A stretch of DNA of 32,954 bases, taken from Chlamydiales bacterium (GTDB lineage: Bacteria; Chlamydiota; Chlamydiia; Chlamydiales; JACRBE01). The stretch spans positions 1 through 32,954 of the forward strand of contig JACRBE010000044.1 of assembly GCA_016213235.1 (NCBI GenBank). The letters run 5' to 3'. Made by a program: the position numbers and the translations under genes. The notes under the pieces were generated by a model. It was not told the DNA's origin and did not search any database. It worked only from the letters and a program-made list of their open reading frames with translations. Every line of letters starts with the position of its first letter. The first letter of the stretch is position 1. Positions 1 to 7,894 of the stretch are shown one piece after another.

Positions 1-263
1 TATAATATCATGAAAAGGGTCATTAAGTTTTTAAAAACATATGAAATCTCTTCTTTTATTTGCTATTCTTTTTTCTCATCTGTCATTACGTCCATAATCT
101 CTTCATCTGTTTTCCAAAGAAAATGCTGCATGAGCTCTCCTACTTCTGCACTTAAAGATAAAATGAGATTTTTAGGGGTGTGGTAGGAGTGCCAATTTCT
201 TTCATTAACAAACTCTGCTAATTTTTTTTTGATTAACATCAAATCTTTATTGGGGGATTCCAT
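1..263 (-). pseudogene. MazG-like / dCTP pyrophosphatase (all-alpha NTP pyrophosphohydrolase), interrupted by an in-frame TAG; runs off the window edge
   Basis: Has the family motif FVNERNWHSYHTPKNLILSLSAEVGEL. After the TAG at 63-65 the same frame continues as QIKEEISYVFKNLMTLFMIL, which resembles the second EE(L/I)ADV helix but has lost its Asp. Confidence 0.7.
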
Positions 264-337
264 GAATGTCCTTTCTATCCATTATCATAGGAAATGATAA
301 AAAATAAAAAGGTAATAAACAAACAAAAAATATTGTT

Positions 338-1348
338 TTACAAAGAGACCCGATTGACAGCTTGTACATAGAGCCCTAAACGGGGCTTTTCTATCGAATA
401 TTGACAACAATATGGTATAGCGATGTCATCCTCTGGAGGAGTAGTAAATGCAATAGTTGCATTATCCTCGATTAAATGCATGCCATGGAGCTCTTGATAG
501 CTTCTTGCTGTTAAAATTGGCACTGTGTAGTTAGCATCAAATTCTCCTTGTAAATCGATCAATAGCACAAGATCTGCTTTTTCTCCACAATGAGTAGCCT
601 TATAGTCTTCTATTGTATGACTATAAGAGATGGAAAATGTAACATCTGGAAAATGATCTCTCATAAAGGAGTGCACATCTTCTACACTATCATCTATAGG
701 TTCTGGTTCAATGACAGATAATTGAATATTTTTATATCCCTTTTCTATTAGTTTTATAATATATACGATCTCTTGATAGCAATTGCCGGCACCTACACTC
801 AGGATATGCAATGGCTTACTGCGATTAGTAGGATAAATATGGGATATTCTTTCTATACTAGCATTTTCTAGAGATGCTCTTATAGGGACTATTTGTTCAC
901 ATCTACACTCTGTTAAGTGTGGGTAGCGTTCTTGTAGACACTCTATTGTGGCAAGTTCATGGGGGATGAATAGTAGCATATTTATTAAGTTAAACGGATG
1001 GTAGATAGAAGGAGATGCTATAGGGGCTTTAACAATAGGGGAATTAATTGCCATACGGGGAGTTTTGGGGCTTGTCTTTGAGAATAGGCTTTCTGAGGTA
1101 TTCAATAGCTCCGTTTCATTTTCTTTATAGATGATGGGAAGCCTGGCGCCAAAACAGGAGACAAAGAGCCATTCCAATATGGAACTGATCTGGCTGAGTA
1201 TAGGAAGCGATTCTGCAGCCACAATAAGCAATTCTACAGCCCGGTTCCCTAAAGAGCCTGTGCGTGCTTTTTCTAGATGCCTAGAAAAATTACCCCATAG
1301 TAAGCTATTGCTTATTGTATAGTCTTCTTGATTTAGTTGATAATTCAT
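338..1348 (-). CDS. Hypothetical protein with an effector-like N-terminus and a C-terminal class I SAM-dependent methyltransferase-like domain
   Basis: 336-aa ORF with a strong upstream promoter. Contains HILSVGAGNC (motif I-like), LSVIEP (acidic end of beta2) and ADLVLLID, after a hydrophobic N-terminal helix pair and a Ser/Pro-rich linker. Confidence 0.55.
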   Translation of the reverse strand: MNYQLNQEDYTISNSLLWGNFSRHLEKARTGSLGNRAVELLIVAAESLPILSQISSILEWLFVSCFGARLPIIYKENETELLNTSESLFSKTSPKTPRMAINSPIVKAPIASPSIYHPFNLINMLLFIPHELATIECLQERYPHLTECRCEQIVPIRASLENASIERISHIYPTNRSKPLHILSVGAGNCYQEIVYIIKLIEKGYKNIQLSVIEPEPIDDSVEDVHSFMRDHFPDVTFSISYSHTIEDYKATHCGEKADLVLLIDLQGEFDANYTVPILTARSYQELHGMHLIEDNATIAFTTPPEDDIAIPYCCQYSIEKPRLGLYVQAVNRVSL

Positions 1349-1380
1349 AATTTGTTATTATTACAATAAAATATGTCACA

Positions 1381-1409
1381 ATTATAATGATTCTTTTAAT
1401 AAAAATCAA
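1381..1409 (-). promoter_or_regulatory. sigma70/sigma66-type promoter for the 338-1348 gene
   Basis: TTGATT-N17-TATAAT on the minus strand, 32 nt before the ATG. Confidence 0.6.
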
Positions 1410-1445
1410 CGCTGAAGGCGCTTGCTGCAACTCGCTAATTGTTAG

Positions 1446-1910
1446 CTATTTAAACGGTTTTGAAAAATCAACAATAAGATGAAAAACATCTGCTATTACA
1501 ATACCTAGAAAAGCAAACAGAATATAGCCTTTATATTGCCTATAAAAGGTAAGAAGATTGGTAGTAGATGGTAATGCCCGGTAAATGAGATAAAACACAA
1601 GTAACATAAGGAAGGCAATCCATACAAGTCTTGTGATGGTGCCAAGCAAAATTACATGTGAGATACCACGGTGTTTAAATACTTTTGCGTAAAGGCGAAA
1701 AGGAAGTGAGAGTATTCCTCGCAACGAAAAGATCTTGATTTTATCAGCGACGTCCATATCTGGGCTCATAAATAGAGTTCCAATGATAAAAGAAGATGAG
1801 CAAATAATAATTTGGTTGTTGGGTAGATGAAAATAGGGTCCAAGAAGAAGATAAACAAGAGGCAATCCAATGAGCAGATTAACAATAGTATGCGTTTTAT
1901 ATTGTGCCAC
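1446..1910 (-). CDS. DUF2227-type putative metal-binding membrane protein (metal-dependent hydrolase-like)
   Basis: Motifs KTH, SPDMD, KHRGISH and ADVFHLIVD, with four hydrophobic segments. The GTG at 1910 (VAQYKTH) fits the family N-terminus better than the ATG at 1928. Overlaps the stop of the upstream gene. Confidence 0.75.
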   Translation of the reverse strand: MAQYKTHTIVNLLIGLPLVYLLLGPYFHLPNNQIIICSSSFIIGTLFMSPDMDVADKIKIFSLRGILSLPFRLYAKVFKHRGISHVILLGTITRLVWIAFLMLLVFYLIYRALPSTTNLLTFYRQYKGYILFAFLGIVIADVFHLIVDFSKPFK

Positions 1911-4026
1911 TAACTTGTTTTTCCTCATTCAAAGGTAATAAAAAAGGATCATATGTTGTTTGAATGACAAGACGACTTTCCCATTCATAAATGCTTTGAT
2001 GGATGATTTGGCTAAAATCGACGTATTCTTGGGTATGTTCAAATTTTAATAAATATCCAATGCATGAAATATCATGAGTAGTAATATAAGAAGAGGTGAG
2101 TTGTTCAGCAAAAGGAGAATCTTCTATTTTTTTTACAATGAAATCTTTGAAAGTTGGATTGATTGCTCCTAGCATTAATATGAAGTAAAAGTCATCTATG
2201 TCTGTTTCTAGAAAGTAAGAACAATCATTGTAATCATGATGCAGGGCGTGGTTAAACATCAAAAACATGGTTTTTAATGTTTTTGGAGGTAGTAGGCTTT
2301 GCATATAAATAGGCGTAATGGAATAGAAGAAATTTTTAAGTAGAAAATCGTTATGCAACTGATGTTTTTTTACTAGTTGATGCAGTTGTTTAAAGACTTC
2401 GCTTTGTTTGGAAATCATACCACCGTTATAATCCCTAAGCTCCCCAAACATTTCCATTAAAGTGGAATAGACTTTTTTCCGAGCTTCAAACAAATCAAGA
2501 GAATAATCCTTCCTCAAAAATTGGTTTTTGCTAAGTAATACCTCAAAAACATTGGCTTCTTTTGGATGTTTTTTTCTTAGTTCACCAACTATTTTAGTAT
2601 CTAAATTATCAAAATAAATAGAAGGAGAAGAGTGAATGGAAAAAATGGTTTTTAAAGGAATAGACCCTGGTTTTAATAGTCGCAGTAGAACAACAGTAAA
2701 GGAAATCATCTTATCTGTTTGTTTGTGAAAAGATATCATGATTTGAGGAATATCTTGAACGTATTTTAATTGCGTTGACAAGGTAAGAATATTTCGGAGC
2801 ACTTCTTCTTCATTGCGAGGCATAAAAACAGGACTAATCATGCTTTCTATGCCATTTTTCAACTCAAAAGGAAGCTTGTTCTTTAGTGTTTTAACCTCTT
2901 TTATATCAAATAAAGAACGATCTTGTTTAGCAACTTCTAAATATAAGATCCTAATACGATCAGACCCTCTTCTATCAATAATAGAATACTCTTTAATCAG
3001 TTCAAGCTCTGGAAGACAAGAGCGTATCGCATCCAGGATGTGTTTTTCTTCAAATAGCTCCGTCTCTCTAAGCAGGTTAATGCCAATAATAATACCAAGA
3101 ATCTGGTGACCTTTATCAGAAGACTGGATAGTAGATTTTAATATTTTAAAACTAAGATGTCTTTTATAAGGATCTAAAAAAACAGTATTATTTAGTGTTT
3201 TTCTAAACAGATACATATAAGCAGCAATTCTAGTAATATGTTTAGGATCCCGTAAAGCAGTAAAAGTTTCTTTAAAGAGATTGATAAAATGCTGTAGTTC
3301 ATTAAAAACATCTCGTTCAAACACCTGTGGTTTTGCATCATGCAAAGAGGCCACTTGTTCAATAACATGGTTGATTTTTTTCTCGCCAAGTATTTTCAAG
3401 ATGGCATGGTGCATTTGGTCAAAGGTATTAAGATCAAAATCTTTCGATGGTCTATCAAGCAAGGAGGCGATGTTTTCTTTAATAATTGAATTTTTTTGAT
3501 CAATCGTAAGAGGTTTTAGAGAAACAATGGTACGCGCATGCTCGACTGCCATGATGTTCAATTTAATTTCTCTTGCAACATTATCGATATTGGCTTTTAC
3601 CTGTTTTAAGTTTTTCTCGCATTCTACTCGCAGTAATAATTCATGTACAAAATAGCTAGGAGAACTATCAATTTCAAATTCAAATACAAGAGAATTTACA
3701 TTGACAATAGGCAATTGCTTGCCTGGAATAAGCCATCTACTGCAAATGTCAGAAATAAAACGACCAGCACCATGTGTATATTGAGAATGACAGATAACTG
3801 TAATAGCAACAATATAAGGAGGTTTGTCTGTAAAGGTATAATGTAGCAAAGGTAAAGAACTACTGAACAATTGAAGAAACGCTATATCAGAGATAGTCTG
3901 TTCTATTTCTTTGGAAAAAAGCTCGGCGATTTGCAATTCTAAAGAATGTAGGTATAATTTAAATGCATAGGAAGCACCATCGGGCATTTGAAAGCTTGTC
4001 TTTATCTTTACTTGATGCTTTTGCAT
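1897..4026 (-). CDS. Conserved Chlamydiota-type hypothetical cytoplasmic protein, possibly tandem ACT-like domains
   Basis: 709-aa ORF with no signal peptide. Conserved-looking blocks are PVFMPRNEEEVLRNILTLS and RDYNGGMISKQ; repeated beta-alpha-beta-beta-alpha patterns are visible. Confidence 0.6.
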   Translation of the reverse strand: MQKHQVKIKTSFQMPDGASYAFKLYLHSLELQIAELFSKEIEQTISDIAFLQLFSSSLPLLHYTFTDKPPYIVAITVICHSQYTHGAGRFISDICSRWLIPGKQLPIVNVNSLVFEFEIDSSPSYFVHELLLRVECEKNLKQVKANIDNVAREIKLNIMAVEHARTIVSLKPLTIDQKNSIIKENIASLLDRPSKDFDLNTFDQMHHAILKILGEKKINHVIEQVASLHDAKPQVFERDVFNELQHFINLFKETFTALRDPKHITRIAAYMYLFRKTLNNTVFLDPYKRHLSFKILKSTIQSSDKGHQILGIIIGINLLRETELFEEKHILDAIRSCLPELELIKEYSIIDRRGSDRIRILYLEVAKQDRSLFDIKEVKTLKNKLPFELKNGIESMISPVFMPRNEEEVLRNILTLSTQLKYVQDIPQIMISFHKQTDKMISFTVVLLRLLKPGSIPLKTIFSIHSSPSIYFDNLDTKIVGELRKKHPKEANVFEVLLSKNQFLRKDYSLDLFEARKKVYSTLMEMFGELRDYNGGMISKQSEVFKQLHQLVKKHQLHNDFLLKNFFYSITPIYMQSLLPPKTLKTMFLMFNHALHHDYNDCSYFLETDIDDFYFILMLGAINPTFKDFIVKKIEDSPFAEQLTSSYITTHDISCIGYLLKFEHTQEYVDFSQIIHQSIYEWESRLVIQTTYDPFLLPLNEEKQVSGTI

Positions 4027-4059
4027 AACAAAAAATTTAATTTTCCTGAGATTGTTTCT

Positions 4060-4088
4060 AACATAGTGCTTCTATCGATTATTTGCAA
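4060..4088 (-). promoter_or_regulatory. sigma70/sigma66-type promoter for the 709-aa gene
   Basis: TTGCAA-N17-TATGTT on the minus strand. Confidence 0.45.
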
Positions 4089-4126
4089 ACTGTAAAGATT
4101 CTAGGTTGTTTTTGTTAAGATGATAG

Positions 4127-5728
4127 CTAGTCGCTCTGTGGAAAAACAAGGCCTTGAATATGAAACCCTCCGACTGGATAAATTTCTAAGTTCTGCAGAT
4201 GCGGTTGTCTGAGGTAGGTAGAATTCCAGTGATATAAAATGGTAAAGGGCATTTCTTCCGCAAGCACTTTTTCAGCTTCCTCTAAAAGGGCAAATCTCTC
4301 TTCCCTGTTTTCATAGAAAACGGAATCTTTTATCAAGGTATTATATTTTTTGTTGTACCATCCTCCATAGTTTTTAGGGTTATCTACGTGTATAAAGCGC
4401 TCTAAGATATTCATCTGGTCAGGATATTGTGCTACCCACCTGGACATGGCGATTTGATAGTCCCGTATTACCAGGTTATTCATAAAAACCTTATATTCAA
4501 ATGATTTTAGTTGAACATTTACACCAAGTACTTTTCTCCATTGCTCTTGTATGGCTTGTGCTATTTTAGATGAATCATCTGTTTTAGAGTGCATATAAGT
4601 TAAAGTGCCAAGTTCATCTAGGCTAATGCCAAGTTCCTTTAATCCAATATCAAGATGATATTTTGCATTTTCTACATCATTATCTTCAAAGAGATGATAA
4701 GACTTCCCATCTTTTAAAGCAGGAGGGACAAAATCAAGCCCTATTGGTTCATTGAGTTGGGTGATATTATCTACGATTTCTTGTCTATTAATAGCTAAGG
4801 CAAATGCTTTTCGAATGTTTTTATTATGAAAAGGGAAGACGTTCACATTAAAAAAACAAACAGTTGAGGCAGCTGTGGGTGTTGTTTTGATTAAATTTTT
4901 TTCTCTTAAGTCAGGAATGGAATCAAACGGTATGGAAGTGTAGGGAAGTCCAATTAAATCTAGTTGCTTATTTTCAAACATATGCAGGGCTGTATTTTCA
5001 CTGTCAATCACACTAATAATAATTTTTTCTAATTGAATGTTTTGTTCATTCCAATAAAAAGGATTCTTTTTCAAGATGATTTCAGAGCCTCGTTTCCAAG
5101 ACTCTATTTGAAAGGCGCCATTAGTAGTAAATAGTGGTGAGATCTGCTCTGCCCACGATGTGTTGCTACATGCAATTTGTTGATTGACCGGGTAAAAAAC
5201 ACAAAAACTAATTAAATCTAAAAAATAGGGAGTTGGATGCTCTAACTCCACTTGAAAGGTAGTTGCATTTAGTGCATAAATGCCAAGCGCATCCATAGGG
5301 AGCAATCCCCGTTTTACTTTTTTTGCATTCTTAATGGGGTAGAGTAGATGAGCATTAGGACATGGAAAATCAGGCGTTAACATATCTTTCCATGTTTTTT
5401 CAAAATCATATGCTGTTACAAGATCCCCATTACTCCATTTGGACTCTTTTAGATGAAACGTATACACCTTTTTATCACTAGAGAGCTCATATGACTCTGC
5501 AATTGCGGGTTCTACCCCCTTTGGAGAGATGGTAAATAGCCCTTCATATAATAAAAAATGAACGGCAGAGGAGATGTAGTCGGCATTTTTTCTTGGGTCT
5601 AGCGTAGAGGGGTCTTGAGTAAAATTAAGATAAATCTCTCTCTTATCTAGAAAGTGATGCTCTGGTTTTTGACATCCTAATAAAAAACAAAGAAAGATGC
5701 TAAAAAAACAATAGAATATATTCTTCAT
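4127..5728 (-). CDS. oppA: Oligopeptide ABC transporter substrate-binding lipoprotein (SBP family 5)
   Basis: Lipobox LLGC, DPSTLDP, LYEGL, YTFHLKESKWSNGDLVTAYDF, NIRKAFALAINRQEI, and W-x-AQYPD. Confidence 0.93.
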   Translation of the reverse strand: MKNIFYCFFSIFLCFLLGCQKPEHHFLDKREIYLNFTQDPSTLDPRKNADYISSAVHFLLYEGLFTISPKGVEPAIAESYELSSDKKVYTFHLKESKWSNGDLVTAYDFEKTWKDMLTPDFPCPNAHLLYPIKNAKKVKRGLLPMDALGIYALNATTFQVELEHPTPYFLDLISFCVFYPVNQQIACSNTSWAEQISPLFTTNGAFQIESWKRGSEIILKKNPFYWNEQNIQLEKIIISVIDSENTALHMFENKQLDLIGLPYTSIPFDSIPDLREKNLIKTTPTAASTVCFFNVNVFPFHNKNIRKAFALAINRQEIVDNITQLNEPIGLDFVPPALKDGKSYHLFEDNDVENAKYHLDIGLKELGISLDELGTLTYMHSKTDDSSKIAQAIQEQWRKVLGVNVQLKSFEYKVFMNNLVIRDYQIAMSRWVAQYPDQMNILERFIHVDNPKNYGGWYNKKYNTLIKDSVFYENREERFALLEEAEKVLAEEMPFTILYHWNSTYLRQPHLQNLEIYPVGGFHIQGLVFPQSD

Positions 5729-5736
5729 ATTAAAAG

Positions 5737-5765
5737 AATATAAGAAATCTACTGTATTTTGTAAA
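5737..5765 (-). promoter_or_regulatory. Promoter for oppA (4127-5728), near-leaderless
   Basis: TTTACA-N17-TATATT followed by only 8 nt (CTTTTAAT) before the ATG; no Shine-Dalgarno. Confidence 0.45.
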
Positions 5766-5779
5766 GATTAGATTAAGGA

Positions 5780-7891
5780 TTAGACGAGAGAGAACGGCCC
5801 TTGTTCTTGTTTTAAGCGATAACTAATAAGATAACAGTCTGATCCTATTGTTTTTAATGAGCGATCACTAGTCGGCGAGACGATGCTATCATTATAGGAA
5901 GTCAAGGTAGCTTTTTCCTTATGATGATAAACGTAGTGTCCTCCCTGTATCGTTGTTCCAATTTGACAGCCAAATCCAATGGGTTCATAAGTGAAATCTT
6001 GGATCTTATTTGGATCGAGTTCGCCATCATCTTCTACTGTTCCGTGATAGATATGCAATACAACAGGATCAAAGATATCGGTTAGCTCGCGCTTTGTTTG
6101 GCGCGCAAGGCCGGCAAATAATTTAAGTAGGCAAACAAGTTCTTCTGGAGGCGTGGTATCTTCATCTAAATAAAAATATTTTTTTATGAAAGATGCGTTG
6201 CTTTTTATAGTTTTTCTTCTATCTACCGATTCTTGTAGAGATAATTCCATTCTATATTCATCAAAGCAGGTCTCGTCGATTGTTGCTTGGAGCAAAGAGG
6301 GACTATTTGGAGCGGCAAATAGGTAGGGCAGAGCAGATTCTTTTGTGGCTTGTTCATGTGTTATTTGCAAACTATTTGTGTGATATTTGAATACTAAGTC
6401 TTTGCGGTCTGCTTGTTTGATTAGTCCTTTGTACTCCATATCATCGAGTACGTAGCTTTTTAGTGTATCACTATCTTTCATTTTTTTAGATACATGCACT
6501 GTTTTCTTCGTAGGATCAAAAATGTATTCTATATCATGTTTCTGTTTGATGACTTGAAGACCTAAGATGGGTGATAGATTCAATCGATCAATAACTAAGG
6601 TAATAAATTCATGTGCGTCTTGTTGAGCGCCTACCCTATATTGATATCTGGTAAGATTATCTGTTTTAATATCACTGAATATTAGCTTAATATCCTTAAC
6701 TAGTGGATTAGCGGTAGCTACTGGGAAAAAGACTTTAATATATTTTCCAAGAATGGTGGCATTAAAAGGGGTTTTATCAAAAAGTTTGATAATGGCATCA
6801 AAAGCAGAATCAATAGATCTTCTATTGGTACGTATATCTGGAGTATTAATATTATCCATTAAACCCGGTATACTCCATAAAATACGCTTTATGTTTTGCT
6901 CATAAGACTGATCCATCTTATCCGATTCCATGACAACTCTTCTTAGTTCTAATAAACAAGAACTAAGAGCTTCATTTTGAAAATGAACAATATGAGATTG
7001 CATCATTTTAAAGATGTCTTTATTAACACATCGATCTAATGTTGGGATGCTTTTTTGTTTTGCAAGATAAGCTAAGGTAAATAAGCTACCGGAAAATTCA
7101 TATAAACACGTGATTAATTTTTTTTGCTGTTGTAATAAATGATAGCGATCTTTTTCATTCAGGGTGGTGGTGGTATCATCTTGTATGGTAAAATAACCAT
7201 GTAGTGTTTTGATGGTATCAAGAGAATGTTGATAAGATTCTGTGGCGCTTGTTATCGCAGCTGTTATTTGCTTATCTGAAAAGGTTGGCAAATCATCAGA
7301 TATGGTATGCCAAATCCCTGTTAATGATGTTGATAATTGATCCAATTGATCTGGATAACTGGATTGCATGGTAAGAAGCCTTTGATGAACGGCGTCCAGT
7401 CTAAACAGCAATTGCATCGAAGTATTGGCAAAACAAGTAGTTCTGTCCGGATTAGAAAGACCAAAACAGGTAGTTACATTTCTTGATCGAGATTGTGATG
7501 GAGTAGTTTCGGTTGATTTTATCGATTTAGAAGGGGGAGAAGCTGGAGGCTTTTTAGTATGGCTGGATAGGGTTTGAGGCTCTTTTGGAAGAGCTTTCGG
7601 AGATGGCGCAGGATCTTCTACGATAGGGGAGGGTGGTGATTCAAAGAAATTATCATCGTTTGTCTTACAGAAAAGAATAGATTGTACAATTTCTACAATA
7701 CACTCTGAAATGGCTCGAACAACACCTTCGATATAAAGACATATGCAATCTATGTAAGAGATGTCCTTGTCTTGTTGTGTAGACTGCAGCGCAGCTATTG
7801 CACTAGGAATTGGAATCACAGCAGGAGAGGGATCTTGAGGGATTAAAGGATTGTCTGTAGGAAAAGATGTTATCTTATTTAGTGCTTCCAT
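5780..7891 (-). CDS. Ubiquitin-specific protease (USP, peptidase C19)-like deubiquitinase, candidate secreted effector, copy A
   Basis: Cys box GLSNPDRTTCFANTSMQLL (C153), QQDAHEF (423-429), PPEELVCLLKLF, His box QIGTTIQGGHY (H652), YNDS (N667-D668), terminal CYLISYR. The N-terminus is Pro/Ser-rich. Confidence 0.85.
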   Translation of the reverse strand: MEALNKITSFPTDNPLIPQDPSPAVIPIPSAIAALQSTQQDKDISYIDCICLYIEGVVRAISECIVEIVQSILFCKTNDDNFFESPPSPIVEDPAPSPKALPKEPQTLSSHTKKPPASPPSKSIKSTETTPSQSRSRNVTTCFGLSNPDRTTCFANTSMQLLFRLDAVHQRLLTMQSSYPDQLDQLSTSLTGIWHTISDDLPTFSDKQITAAITSATESYQHSLDTIKTLHGYFTIQDDTTTTLNEKDRYHLLQQQKKLITCLYEFSGSLFTLAYLAKQKSIPTLDRCVNKDIFKMMQSHIVHFQNEALSSCLLELRRVVMESDKMDQSYEQNIKRILWSIPGLMDNINTPDIRTNRRSIDSAFDAIIKLFDKTPFNATILGKYIKVFFPVATANPLVKDIKLIFSDIKTDNLTRYQYRVGAQQDAHEFITLVIDRLNLSPILGLQVIKQKHDIEYIFDPTKKTVHVSKKMKDSDTLKSYVLDDMEYKGLIKQADRKDLVFKYHTNSLQITHEQATKESALPYLFAAPNSPSLLQATIDETCFDEYRMELSLQESVDRRKTIKSNASFIKKYFYLDEDTTPPEELVCLLKLFAGLARQTKRELTDIFDPVVLHIYHGTVEDDGELDPNKIQDFTYEPIGFGCQIGTTIQGGHYVYHHKEKATLTSYNDSIVSPTSDRSLKTIGSDCYLISYRLKQEQGPFSLV

Positions 7892-7894
7892 GCT

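Noticed and set aside
63..65. TAG recoding or readthrough as an alternative genetic code
   Set aside because: TAG terminates well-conserved full-length genes in this window (oppA at 4127, yqgE at 19078, hemL at 29268).
1911..1928. ATG start at 1928 for the DUF2227 gene
   Set aside because: The GTG at 1910 gives the family-typical N-terminus and a shorter overlap with the upstream gene.
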